Notes under the pieces: generated by a model
Told to the model about the DNA's origin: nothing
The model's input: the letters and a program-made list of their open reading frames with translations, nothing else
Databases searched by the model: none
Shown here: one piece after another, positions 12,116 through 25,005 of the stretch
How positions within the stretch are numbered: the stretch's first letter is position 1
Layout of the letters: each line of letters starts with the position of its first letter
From: Octopus bimaculoides
Lineage: Eukaryota
Length of the DNA: 64,000 nucleotides
Assembly (NCBI RefSeq): GCF_001194135.2
Contig: NC_068981.1
Span: forward strand, 106,805,009-106,869,008
Direction: 5' to 3'
Made by a program: the position numbers and the translations under genes

Positions 12116-13862
12116 GTACTGTTCTACATTCTTTTACTTACTTATTTAAAAATATTGATTGAGAGGCATAAGAATTAAATGTAGTAATGAGTATTAACAA
12201 ATGGTTTATGATGTAGCAATAATCATATTGAGGCACCAACAATAACATTGGTTCAATTCTCACTAGGCACTCACATTTTATTGTCTTCTACTTTCACTTT
12301 GTGTATTTGTAAGACACTTTAAAAATCATGAACATCTATTTATTCTTTATAGTAGAAAGTTACTATTCTGTAGAGAGTGCAACCATTAACTTAAAATCAG
12401 GAGACATTTACTGTTATATACTTCATTGCAAACATTAGCCTAAAATTGATAGAGAAATCCATTGCAATGTATGAAGTGCAACCATTTAACTGAAAACTAG
12501 CAGAAATTCTCTATTAAGGAGGAGACAATGAAACCATTAGCCATCTGTCCTTAGTTTTTTTTTTCAGTGATACTAATGGTTGTAATAAAATAAAATTGTC
12601 ATCTAGTCTGACAACTTCAGTTTGAGAAGCGAGATTGCTTGATTTTGAATATTTTTAGTGTAAACATCTTTGATAATCATTTAGTTGTCACTAATTTAAA
12701 TAGTGTAAATCTTGAAACTTGATTTTATCCATGGCTTTCTCCAAAAAATTTTTAATTTCCATTTTTAATTTAAACTGAACAAAGAGTATTTAAGACTATT
12801 ATTTCTTTTTTTTTTTCATTAAATTCTGTTTTTTTATATACTTTTGAATATTTTCAAACAAGCATGGTATATTGCTTTCACTTTCATATGATTTAATATT
12901 TAGCTGTCAGCATTCAAACATTGTTATTATGTAGTTTTGTAAAATTCAATATATAATAATATTGTTTTTCAGATTATATGCAAGCACATCCTACTATTTT
13001 GCCTTCAGTCTTCATTAAAAAAAAAAAAGTCCTTCTGAAATTTGTTTTAACCAAATAAGATATTTTTCTTGGTTTTTGAAACTAACTCAGCCTAGAGCTA
13101 TGAGCTATACATTATTTTGAGTTTTGTTTTTATTCTTATTCATTTGAAGTAGTTCTTTTCTTAAACCAGAGGATATTATTTCTTTACCACTTTTGACATT
13201 GTTCCAGTTATAATCAGCATTAGATACTTTTTTGCCATTTTTAATTCTAATCTTCAACTGAAATATATCCTATCTTATTTATAATCCATTGGAAGAAAAA
13301 GAAATTGTTATATTTACAGCATATTTACACATTTATTGATACATTAGATAAACCACAAATAAAACTTCCTTTTGCAAAATTGATAAAGTGGGTGAATTTA
13401 CAACTGCAATATTTCTTTGATTCAAAGTATATACATTTATTTGCTGTGATTTACTCCCTAATGTTTGTTCACACATTGAAGAGTCACAAAGTTAAGAAGA
13501 CTATATTTATCTGAGTTGATGAGTTATGAATTTCTACCTTGTCAATGACTTTTTCATAGAAAAGTTATAAAGATCTTGTCCTATATTCTTCATTGGGAAA
13601 TATATGTACAAGCATCTTGACCAGTCTGAAAATTAATAAAGGACTTTATACTAATGTGTTCAAATCCTGTCACATGTGATCAGTAAATATTCATATGTTA
13701 ACAAGCAGATTAAAACAAATCAATTGTTGGCAGCTTTTTTAATCTAAATAATGGCTGCCAGCTAAGGAGATGAACCATCTTCAAAATAACGTCTCTTGGG
13801 AGGCTAGTAGAGGAAAAAAAAAGTTTAACACTTTACCGTTTATGATTCTTTTTTCTTTTTAG

Positions 13863-13955
13863 GAAAATATTCAATCTCAAAAACAAAAAAAATGTTCACA
13901 AGCTAAAAAGTCATTTAAAGAAATTGCTTGTGAACCAGTACATCTCAGACAACAT
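13863..13955 (+). CDS. Candidate internal exon B
   Basis: Strong acceptor TTCTTTTTTCTTTTTAG and donor AT|GTATAT. 93 nt open, phase 2 to 2: KIFNLKNKKNVHKLKSHLKKLLVNQYISDN. Confidence 0.33.
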
Positions 13956-15074
13956 GTATATTATTCAGTACTGATACAGAAATCTCATGCTAGAACATAT
14001 TCTGGACATTAATCTACCTCAAAAACCAAGCAGGTAATGTAGACAAGAAACTGATACCAGGCAAATAACATCAAAAATGATTACTGTGTATCAGAACCAC
14101 CAGTGAAATTATCTTATAATAAGTTTCTATTTTGTAACATTTGGTTCTCTACAACTATATGATTCCAAAAGGAATGACATGAACACAAGCAAAATTGTTC
14201 AATGATGTAGAACTGTTTCTATTAAAAGCTACTTTTGATATGACCTTGTATTAACATTTAATTAATAAAACACCATTCATGTCTTAAAAAATTTCTACTA
14301 TGCTGAAGCAAGAATCAGCTATGTTTCAGTAACTCTGATGGAAGCAGTCAAAGGGAAATGATAAAATAGATTGTAGTTGTAATTTTCATATAGTAATAAC
14401 TGCTTAGACTACTATGGTTAGTTGATGGTGTAGGGAATCTGTACTTTGTATGATTTTTTTTTAGGGTTTTCTTTTAGGAATACAATAGCAAGAAATTAAT
14501 ATTGTTGGTTAACTACAAAAGTTAATTTCAGTAGATTCTTTGAGCAAGTTTAGAGGTGTGGGGAGGTTGTGCTATTTTTGTTTCAAATATTGATTCATTG
14601 TAATTGATTTTTATATTTTTTTCAAATGGTAGAATGAATACGAAGGTTTTTCTGATATTCAAGTGGCCTACTCTTGTTCATGCAAACTGTTCAGTGATTT
14701 CTTTATGAAGTGCAACTCATGCATGCGCATATGTACACATCTTTTTGTGTAAGGTAGATGTGTTATGATTTGACTAAAATAAACAGATGTTTATTTTATT
14801 CACCATGAATAAGATAATTATTCAACAAAATACAAATTCTAAAATCTAAGATATCAAACTATAAGGTACTTATTCCAGCCCCATCTTCTGCTGCATTTCC
14901 ATGAACTTAGTTTAGAATCCTTTCTTTTTTAAGCCACAAAAGTCTTTCTATATGAAGATGAGGATGTTTACATAATGTATTCAATACCAGTATTATGAGT
15001 TCTCTTTGCTTTTCATAAATACTGTAAAGATTAATAGAAAGGATTTGGGGAGCTGTCAACTTTTAGATCTTAGC

Positions 15075-15290
15075 ATCATTATTATCATCATTTTAAATCT
15101 TCTTTTGCATGTAGCATGACCTGGATGGGTTTTCTAAGTTTCAGTCAGTTCTTATCTAGAATTACTACTCTCTTGGACAGATTGCTTTCATGTTTTATTT
15201 TGGCGTGGTGTTTATTACTGGATACCTTTCCTATCTTCAACTGTTTTACAGTGTGTACTGGATGCATTTTTTGATCCCAGTACTAGAGTG
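15075..15290 (-). mobile_element. Degenerate SINE family C copy
   Basis: CATCATTATTATCATCATTTTAA...GCATG...GGATGGGTT tail and the TACTGGATACCTTTCCTAT block match the family at 36661-36880 in reverse. Confidence 0.45.
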
Positions 15291-16076
15291 GTTGTCTTGT
15301 CCCTGACAAAATTAATGGAGTACCTTTTTCCTTACACTGTTTCCATTCACCATTTTCTCTTTACCTCACAACTGGGTGAGAACAGAGCCAGAGTTACTGG
15401 AGCAAGAGTGAGGTAGTGACTGTTACATGATGGTTGTTGGTAAGGAGATTAAAGAGTGGGATGAAAAAAGAACCAGTGAGAGTGATAGATGAGTGATAGA
15501 ACTAGAGCAAGAGGTGATAGAGAAGGAGGAGGAAGTAATGAGAAAGATGATTGTGGGTTAGGAGATTGAACAGAAATGACATGAATAATGTGATGGGTAA
15601 CAGGGAGTGCTGAAAGTGAGATTTATGGCTATCAACAAATGGTAGAGAGAGTAATGTGTGTGTGAGAGAGAGAGATTAATGGATACCATGAAGATCAGTG
15701 GTGGTAAGAGAGTGTGAATAAGAGGAGTAATGGGAGAGAGAATGATGGGTAGGAATAGAAAAAAGTCGATGGTAAATTGGGATTGAATGCAAATAGAGCC
15801 AATACAATGCTATCTCTCATTACACTGGTGGCATGATGGGAAAGAGATAGAGTGACAGTAGAAAGATACATTGGTAAAAGTGGAAGTAAGTGATAGATGA
15901 GAGAGTAATGAGGATTAGAGGAGGTTGGCAGATGGAGACTTAATATGAATAAAGTGATCGAGAGAAACCCATATATAAACATCATCCATCCTGATCTTCA
16001 TCACCACCAACATTGCTTTTTTTCTCTGTTTTTCCGTGCTTGCATAGATTAGGATAGTTTTTTTTTTTTCACCAAG

Positions 16077-16160
16077 TGCAGCATTAATCATTTGGCTGGG
16101 TTTTCATACCGGTTTTGAAGATGATGGTGTGACCAATACATTTTGTATAGAATTTGGTAG
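16077..16160 (+). CDS. Candidate internal exon C
   Basis: T-tract plus CCAAG acceptor, with two tandem donors (G|GTAGGT at 16157 and AG|GTATAA at 16161). Open frame AALIIWLGFHTGFEDDGVTNTFCIEFG is protein-like in composition. Confidence 0.42.
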
Positions 16161-16648
16161 GTATAAACTTTGTAAGAATGTCTGCTTTTCTCTATGAATG
16201 ATGTAAACATTAGTGAAAAACCAGTACTCTTCAAACAAAATCCTCTGATTTACAGACACTGATTTGTTGCTCTTGTTAAAAATGTAGTGAACCAGTAAGT
16301 GACCTACTGGAAACCTTTAACCAATGATTCATAAATTACAATATAGAATATTAAATAAATTTGTTAATCAAGTTGAATTATATACTGGTTAATGATTTTA
16401 TTGGAAGTAGATTAAACTATTTGTAATAATGGCTTTTAAATTGTACAGTCTCATCCTTGTATAAATGTTAAATCTTAGGAGCATAACTTTTTAAAAATTT
16501 TATTTTATTATTGCTCCTAGGCAAACTGAGGTTGATTTCCAGCCTGATGGATTCCTTAGGTTCAGAAAGAGCTGACTGTTTTTTTGTTTTTTTTTCACTT
16601 TGAATATTTTGAAACTTTTCAAACAATAATGAGCATGTTTGTATTTTA

Positions 16649-17365
16649 AGATCTTTTCTGTGTGACTGCACCTGTGGAAATTTCAAAGCTTAGTGAAAAT
16701 TTTAAAATTTGGTATATCGATGTAATTTTTCATGCAGAATCTCAGGGGGTATTTAACTTTTTCTAGAAAATTTTTAAAAAATAGTTACAGAAGTTTAAAG
16801 TTCATCATTTTTACTCAGTCAGAAAACAGGATTTGGAAGTTGTCTTTTTGTGCATGGCAGCAAGTTATGTCAACTGTAAGCAAATGAAATATTGGTGGAG
16901 TTCTGCTTTACGCATGCCATATTACCCCTCATAACTTTATTCTTTTTTTGGGAATTTTCAGAAATTTTTTTGTGAATTTGTATTCTACCCATGGGAATTC
17001 ATATGATTATGCAAAAAAGAAAAAAAAGTTGGTGCGGGATTTAAGGACTATTTAGCTATTATTTTTAGCACATCTCACAGCCACCATTTAATAAGCACTA
17101 AATGACCACCTAAGTAAGCAGCTTGGTAACAACTTGGCTTGTTACTATGGAAACAAGCATCTATATGCCTGTGACTTGCGGTTGGCTAAAATTATCCAGA
17201 ATTTGCAAACTTTATAAGCTATTAACTCTTTATTTACTGATTTATGACAAAAGCGAATTTCATGTCAATGATTAACATACAAGACTATATCATTACATCA
17301 AATATGAAATCAATTGGAACAGAAATTGAAGAAATTGAAAAGAGGCAGCCAATCAGAAAATATGT
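16649..17365. mobile_element. Older non-autonomous DNA element of the (A/G)GATCT / 8-bp TSD group
   Basis: GTATTTTA at both 16641-16648 and 17366-17373. Degenerate TIR (AGATCTTTTCTGTGTGACTGC versus GCAGCCAATCAGAAAATATGT). Subterminal sequence aligns by eye with the 21046-22060 element at both ends. Confidence 0.72.
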
Positions 17366-17431
17366 GTATTTTAAGATTGCAACAATTGAAGACTTCACTC
17401 ATTTTACACTTAAAATTCCTGATATGGTTAG

Positions 17432-17651
17432 CCCTTTAGCATTTAAAACTAACTGTATCAGGCCCAAATATTCTACCTGTTTTATGTTCAAGCTGGCCAC
17501 ATTAGACCTCCCACACCTACCCGACAATGTTATTCTAAAAATAGATGATCACATCATCAAAATTTTACTGCTCTAAGGTAATGCATGATAATTCAAAACA
17601 GTGCAAATGAATAAGCATCACATTTCATAGAGTAATCTGAATACTAAAGGT
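17432..17651 (+). mobile_element. piggyBac-type MITE (CCCTTTAGCATT TIR)
   Basis: TTAG|CCCTTTAGCATT ... AATACTAAAGGT|TTAA. Body matches the copy at 58075-58286. Confidence 0.75.
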
Positions 17652-19654
17652 TTAATATTTATATTGAAATAATAGTTAAGTAATTGATTTTTTTCTTTTT
17701 GGTGCAGCTGTAGTTTTACAAATGGATTGTCTTCATCATCAGGAAAGTTTATTTGAAATAAAGTAAAGCATTTAAAATTTAGCTGGTTAATGTTTTTTTT
17801 TTAATTCAATTTGATTTCAAAATAACTATAAGGCACATTCTTGCCCACATATCTTTGTAATTGAATAGTCATTGGTTTGTTCTTTCCATTTTTTTTATAA
17901 AGTGAAAGTGCAGTCTTTTCAGATATTTATAGTTTGTTTTGATTTTAGGATTTCATGTTTACAATAACATGATAGTTTTTCAAAATGAACATGACATAGT
18001 TTTCCAAAATGATATATAGGTGTCAGGTAATAAAAAATAATTGGGAAAAAAACATTTGGTCTAATATATTTGTCTGTACTGAGAGAAAAACAAAAAACTA
18101 CAAATTTGATATATTTTCAATTTTGATATTCAAACCTACTTATTAATTGCCTTTAGCCTAAAATAGAGTTTAGCTGATAAATTTAATAACAATGTCAAAG
18201 ATATGTCATATTTTCCTGTAAACTAAATAATTTATTTGTAACTTTTCAATGTCAGTGATCATCAGACAGTTTGTAGGATTTATAATTCTTCAAATAATAG
18301 ATACAAAAAGGAAATCACTAGTGTATTTTTTTTTTTTTTGCTATTTTATGCTTGTAATTTTTAACTTTGTAATTCATCGCTGTCTAGTTTTCATTAATGA
18401 CATCAGTTTGAAGTACTCCAAATAAAATGGTATTGATTGAATGAAATAATTGCAAGATTAAGGGGAAAAAATGAAAACAGTAATTAAAATATTTATATCC
18501 TTAGCTTTTACAAACATAGCTTCAATTACCAGCTCAATTTTTCAAGCAGGTATACTGATGAGAGTAAATAGTGAAGTACCCTACCATACAATGTCAATCT
18601 AAAGATAAACAGCCACATCATCAAAATCTCAAAACTGCAAGATAATGCATGTTTAATTCAAAACAGTGGGAATAAATAAGCATTACATTTGATTTTATAC
18701 ATGAATTTTAAAACATTTATAGAACAGTGATGCCCTATTTCTTTCTAATGTCTTAGATGAGGAAGGGCACTGCCCATGACCTTTTCCAGGGCTTTGTCTA
18801 ATACCCATGCAATTTACATAAGAGACTCTTAAAATAATGACATGCAATTAATTACCAAGAAGTTTCAAGCACTATGTTAGCAGCTTTCTAACATGTTGCA
18901 AAATGGATACAGAAGCCTGGGGAGATTGCAGTCTCAGATGCATTCTGTGTAAAACCTAGCAATTAAAATAATGATTCTGCATTTAATGTGCGAATTACTC
19001 AACAAGCAACAATGGATTAAATCCCAGATATCTATCATTAATCTTTAAGGTTCAGCCTTTCATTCCTGAATTGAAATAAAACATTCCAATCCTTGAGATT
19101 CAATGAACTCAGCTGTTCAATATCCCCCTTTAAAGCATAAAAGATATGTATGGAATAAATGTGAATACATTCAGATTAAATTTAGATAGTGTACTGTTTA
19201 TTATTCCAGATGAGTATGCATTGTACTCAGGAAGCACATTTAAGGGTTTACACTCCCTCTCACACCAAACCACAAGATAAATTGGGAAACCAGTGACACC
19301 TGTGTCCTTATGTAAGAAAAGGTAAACAATTACATTATCGAGAAGCTACAAGATGACGCATGATTAATTTAAAACTATTTTGAACACAAACCTGTTTGAT
19401 CAGAGCTAGCACAGGGCTAAAATAACTAGTCAACCCTAGAGTGATGACAGGCAAAGAAAACACTATTATTCCAACTCAAAACACTTTCTTACTAGACATA
19501 GAGGCCCAGAGTTATAGTTATTAAAAAAATGTTTCTAATTAAAAAAAAAGAAAAGTGTGATGTTCTTGCCTTTCACATTAGCAGCACATGGGAAATGGAA
19601 GTTGCTTCGACTTTGAATTGAAACTGGGTCATCCACAAATGGATGAATGGTAAA

Positions 19655-19910
19655 GTTGACCTCAGTAGAATTTGAAATCTGTACTCAGAAATTAAAGACA
19701 GATGAAATGTTGTTAAGCAGTTTGTTTTGTGTGTTAATGGTTCTTCCACCTTAGCACCTTAATAATAATAATAGTAATAGTAATGGTTTCAAATTTTGGC
19801 ACAAGGTCAGCAATTTTGTGTAAGCAAGCTAGTCGATAACATCAACCCCAATGCTCAACAGGTAACATATTTTACCAATCCCTGAAAGGATGAAAGGCTA
19901 AGTCGACAAT
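19655..19910 (-). mobile_element. Two head-to-tail partial SINE family A copies joined by an (ATT)n tail
   Basis: On the minus strand, a 3' half (19910-19785) is followed by an ATT tract and then a 5' half (19765-19655). Confidence 0.55.
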
Positions 19911-20149
19911 AATAATATCTCTTATAAAAGCAAAAATATGTAATCTTCAAGGTTTGAAGTTATGTTAATGTTTCCCATAAGAATCAATACAAAGTGTATG
20001 TAGATGTATGTATACTTGCAGATAAACAAACATGTACACTTGAAACTGAGTACTTACATGTAAGAAACATACTCGCTAAGTGGATATGAGTTCAGATTCA
20101 CTACAGTTGCTTCTTATTTTAACATGCTTTTGTTCTCATAAATCTCCAG

Positions 20150-20270
20150 GATTCTCCATCAGATTCATCAGGAACCTGGAACTTTGTGTCAGTCCATAAA
20201 AGCCACATTAGAAGACTTTGAAGACATTTACATTTTACATACATTCTGTTCACATCAGTTTGACATACAG
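20150..20270 (+). CDS. Candidate internal exon D
   Basis: Acceptor TTTTGTTCTCATAAATCTCCAG and donor CAG|GTGTGT. 121 nt, phase 2 to 0, and only one frame is open: ILHQIHQEPGTLCQSIKATLEDFEDIYILHTFCSHQFDIQ. An in-frame stop follows just after the donor. Confidence 0.48.
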
Positions 20271-21045
20271 GTGTGTTAGGTAGTTAAATAAAACGACAGG
20301 GAATTTATGTTATGTCAGAAAGGTTCACATGGCTAAAAATATATCAGGAGGAAATTCTGATATACAAGCAAACCAAGATACACACACACACACACACCTT
20401 GATCAATCAAATAATATTCAACATCAGCCTAAGGTATTAAGGATTTGAATTCACTGATATAATCAAAAACAGTAGGAAGCTTTTTGTCTATATTATGAGT
20501 TTCTCTTTTATCCCTGCAATGTCAGTTTGAAGTGAATTTACCCTTCCCTCTGCTGATATCAAAATGAGTTATTTGGAATTATAATTATATTAGTTCTAAT
20601 GCAGAGATAACATGCAAGATATTTTTACTTATTATCCAGATTTTATGATCTTCCGATAGTTTCCAAAAGATGCTATCTCTGAATCTATACTATAAAAGGC
20701 ATAATAAATAAAATGTAATCAAACCTTTGATATTCCTAACTAACAAACAACAAGCTATCTACAAAACTGCTGATTTAGGTATAGATCCCAGTAATTAAAA
20801 TTTTGAGCAGTCCCATATTGCTTGTTACTGCTATTTATCTGAGTATTACTTTTGCTGAAGAGAAAAAATTGGGGGAAAAAAAAAAGACATCATTTGAAAG
20901 ATTAATTATTCTTAATATACTTATTTACTAATAAGACATTGAAAGTTAAGTGAACTAAGGAAAGCATTGTTGAAGGGGTATCACCTCTATATCTTTACCT
21001 GTTTTCCAGTGGCATATTCACCAAGCTAGGTGAAATTTAGAAGTG

Positions 21046-22060
21046 GGATCTTTGTGGTTTTCGTCACAGTTTGCAATTATCTTTAAAAAAACTTTTTTAA
21101 TGTATCATATAGATATAATTTTTGATGCTGAATCCGAATTTGTTATTCATTTATTCCAGAAAATTTGACAAAAATGTTACAGGTGTTCAAAGTTTGATAA
21201 TTTTCAGCCAATCTGAAAACAGCACATTCACTGCCTCTTCCATCATCAGAAGCAGGTGGGGTGGGGGGCATTGGCATGTCAAAACATTGCTAGAAATAAC
21301 TGTCAAAATATTAGAATATACACAAATGAAGTTAACAACATTTGTGAGCAAATTAAATATTTGAAAGCTATGAACAAACAAACCAACAAGAGTTGCTAGA
21401 AATAAGTCAAAGGTTTGTTTAAAACAGACATTTATTAGTTTAAAAAAATTCAAGAATGAAAGTTTGCAATACTTTAAAATTTTATAAAATAAAGTAGCTG
21501 TTTCTGTGCCGTCAAAAATGACAGCTAATTGTAGTATTTTATATATAAATATGGATGGTAAGTCAAATTAATACACTTGTCAGTGTTCACATACTTACCT
21601 TGTACATACACACACATACACACATAGAGCTGAAATGCTGTTTGATTTTTCTTTTCAGCATTGAATGTTCATCTTCCCACCACTTTGCTATCACTTCTTC
21701 CTTCCTTATTCACCTATCACCCCTTCCTTTCTCATTCATATGTTGTGATGGAGAAAAACATGAGTATTATTGTAATAGATTATCTTTCACATATCTCCTC
21801 CTTTTCCTTGTGCACATGTGCAATATTTTTGGTTACTATGGAAACAGAGTTTTTCGCCATGGTGATGTATAAAATACTCGCTTCTGAATGGCTAAAATAC
21901 CCAAATTTTGCAAATTTTAAAGGCTAATAACTTTTTAATTATGGTTATATACAAAACACAAATTTCATTTTCATAATTAGGATACAAAACTTAATCCACA
22001 TACCAAATTTGAAAACAATTGGAACAAAATTGTAAACAGTGATGAAAACCACAAAGATCC
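21046..22060. mobile_element. Non-autonomous DNA transposon, GGATCT termini, 8-bp TSD TAGAAGTG
   Basis: 33-bp TIR GGATCTTTGTGGTTTTCGTCACAGTTTGCAATT versus the reverse complement of 22028-22060 (3 mismatches). TAGAAGTG at both 21038-21045 and 22061-22068. No transposase motif inside. Confidence 0.92.
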
Positions 22061-22651
22061 TAGAAGTGTGAGAGATGATGCACTGAAATCAGCCATCTCT
22101 ACTGGAATAGGTGGAGTATAAAAAATTATTTTGTCACTTATGAAATTAGCTGTACATGTTGAATATTCAAAACAACAATAAAGAAAAGTGTTATTTTCTC
22201 CCCCTTTAGCTACATAATTGGTTTGGTTTAATTGCCAATAAATAGCTATGATAAAACCAATTTTTAGATGTCTGATTCATTAAAGAAATATGCTTCCTGG
22301 TAATAAAAAGAAGCAACTAATTTCTGATGAGTAAGCTTTAAAATGATTATTGAACCATATCTAAATGGGTGTTAACATTTATTGCTGCTTGGCAGACCTT
22401 GGGAAGATTTTAAATATTATTTGCTTCAGAGGTGAATGACACACATTGTAGACAAAAATGGTGTTCTGAGTAAACTTCTTTGTTGTGGTGGATACTCTGC
22501 TTTGGGGAGGAGTTATAGCAGGAGTAGGTGAACGGTGGGTTGAACAAAATAATTATATTGGATTAAAATTTTAGATTCAAAACAATTTTTTCATAAGAAC
22601 TATTCAAGCCATGACTGCAAGTAAATATGTGGTAATATTATATGCATATGA

Positions 22652-22865
22652 AAGGTGGTCAACTAGCAGAATTGTTAGCACACTGGGGAAAATGATTTGT
22701 GGCATTTCGTTCCTCTTTATGTTTAGCGTTCAAATTTTGTTATGGTCAACTTTGCCTTTCATCCTTTTGAGGTTTATAAAGTAAGTACCAGTCAAGCAAT
22801 GGGGTCAATGTAAATGATTTACCCTCCCCTGGAGTTGCTGGGCTTGTGCCAAAATTTGAAATCAA
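22652..22865 (+). mobile_element. SINE family A copy, near full length
   Basis: AAGGTGGTCAACTAGCAGAATTGTTAGCAC...GTCAACTTTGCCTTTCATCCTTTTGAGG...GGCTTGTGCCAAAATTTGAA. Confidence 0.75.
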
Positions 22866-23264
22866 TTTTATATTCCTATGAATATCACTGGTATGGCAAA
22901 AACAAGTGTTAGACTAAGTGTATTTTAGTATTTAGTTTAATTTTTCTATGTTGTGTTCAAATTCTGACAATAAAACCAGTAATGTACTTGGGTTAGCTCA
23001 TTTGCTATGGTTGTTCCCCAAAATTAAGGTGGCTGTGTTAAGTGGGTCACATTAAAGTGGTATGCAGCTAATTTGTTAAATGCCCCCCCCCCCCAAAAAA
23101 AAAACAGAGGCCATTGCAGTAATGATAAAAGAAGCAGAGAGAAGAGTTGGTGTGTCTGGAAATTACAGTTGTAGAGTATGCATGAATGAAGCTTTGCCAA
23201 TCAGCTAAATGACTGCTCTCTTTGATGTAATCTTGGTTGTTTGTATATGCAGAAACAACACTGT

Positions 23265-23357
23265 TCTCAAGAACACAACACACAGCCCAGTCCAAGAATT
23301 GAACTCACTACCTCATGATTGTGAGCCCAATGCTCTACCACTGACCCATGTGCCTTA
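23265..23357 (-). mobile_element. 5' head of tRNA-derived CORE-like SINE (family D)
   Basis: The reverse complement matches the head of the 61215-61555 copy (GGCACATGGGTCAGTGGTAGAGCATTGGGCTCACAATCATG). Confidence 0.6.
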
Positions 23358-24770
23358 TAAGGTCAGTGAATTATATATAAAAAAAACAAAAAAACCTCAA
23401 GAAGTCAGAGTTGAATTAGTCAATAGATTAAGTACCAATATTATCTTGGTATCAATTCAGTTGTCCCTAAATATTTGCCTGTCAATGTCTTTCCATGTAT
23501 CTAATGTAAAGAATCAATAATATTACTGCCACCAATTATAAAATAATGTCTCCTATTACTATGCATTCATTTTACCAGCCACTATATCTCTAAATTTAAA
23601 GCCTTTGACACACACACGCACACAACTATATTATATATGAATGCTATGCAGGAATTTATTAGAAATTAATAAGTTCAAGTCTTATGTGATGTTTTCTTAC
23701 AACACTTGTTACTGGGAGGATATGTTATTGCAAATAAATATTTCTTGAATAGTGTAAGATTTCATGAGAAATTGGAATGAAAAGTTCAAAAGGAAATTTG
23801 TGTGTATATAGTGGGTAGAACAATTAATCCTAGCCACAGTTTAGCTATAAAACTATATAATAGATGAATTAATGAAATTGATTATGCTGTTCTGGTTGTA
23901 AGTGAGAGTTGAGAAAGATTAGTAGAATTTGTAAAGAAAAAAAGCCTTTTTATCAGGCCATCAGTTTAATAATAATAATAATAATAATAATAATGATAAT
24001 AATGATAATAGCAACAACAACAACAACGCTCTGTTCTTCACTTGTTGCATTACTACATCATATACTTTGAACTATATTACTCTAAGGAAATCCTTTTGTT
24101 TTTTAATCTAGTTTCTATGTTAGTGTAAATTCTCTCATCGCCTCCCTCTTACTCTCCCTTCTCTCTCATGCACTCACTTGTACACAGAGGCAAGAAACAA
24201 GAGATAAATATAAACAAAAACAATATGGGTTTGTGTAGGTATTACTCCACATAGTTAATTAAAAAAAAAGCAACAGAAAAAAACAAAACAATGCAGTAGT
24301 AATAAGCAAGATTGAGAAAAAATACACCTCAGTTTAATAATGCCTATTAGTTGATGGAAACTCCGACTGCCTATCAGGATTTGGAACAGCTTGTGAAAAC
24401 TAAGTTTTTAATGAGCTGGAACTGAAATATGTCAACTTGTACTGATGATTCAGTAGCTATTAGCATCTTTTTTTTTTGTTTGTTTTTCTTTCATAGCAAT
24501 TTTTGATCTCTGAATGCTTGAAAGTTATGAAAGTTTTAGATCATGATGCGAACATTTATACATTAATGATATTAGCTTATTTTATTTACTCACCTTTTTA
24601 AAATTAGTTGTTCACTCACACCTTTAACTTACAACAGTGAAATAACTAAAACAATGAGTAAGCCTCTAAATAGTCCAATATGCAGAAATAGTGGATATTT
24701 TTCATTTTCTTCCAGCCACTTGAAGATTTTTCAATTCTCAATAGACTGTCTTCAAATTTTCCATGCATAT

Positions 24771-24967
24771 ACTCTTACTCTTTTACTTGTTTCAGTCATT
24801 TGACTGCGGTCATGCTGGAGCACTGCCTTTAGTCAAGCAAATCAACCCCAGGACTTATTCTTTGGAAGCCTAGTACTTATTCTATCTGTCTCTTTTGCCA
24901 AACCGCTAAGTTATGGGGACGTAAACACCCCAGCATCGGTTGTCAAGCAATGTTGGGGGGACAAACA

Positions 24968-25005
<38 letters not shown>

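Noticed and set aside
15330-15990. Purine-rich blocks (also 41990-42420, 43800-43990, 58560-59010) with minus-strand Leu/Ser/Pro-rich ORFs
   Set aside because: Probably ancient retroelement or low-complexity relics, but no diagnostic motif could be read, so they were not annotated.
17244-17576. 110-aa ORF
   Set aside because: It spans the right end of one MITE and most of a piggyBac-type MITE, so it is a chance read-through.
16082-20700. Resemblance of exon C/D peptides to PI3K C2 or MCM N-terminal domains
   Set aside because: Only scattered residues match, and part of the apparent match came from the MITE-derived segment or needed frameshifts. No gene symbol assigned.
21160-21872. Exon-like segments and ORFs 21122-21364, 21555-21872 and 21661-21927 with good splice signals
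   Set aside because: They lie wholly inside the 21046-22060 transposon defined by TIRs and an 8-bp TSD, and contain no recognisable protein motif.
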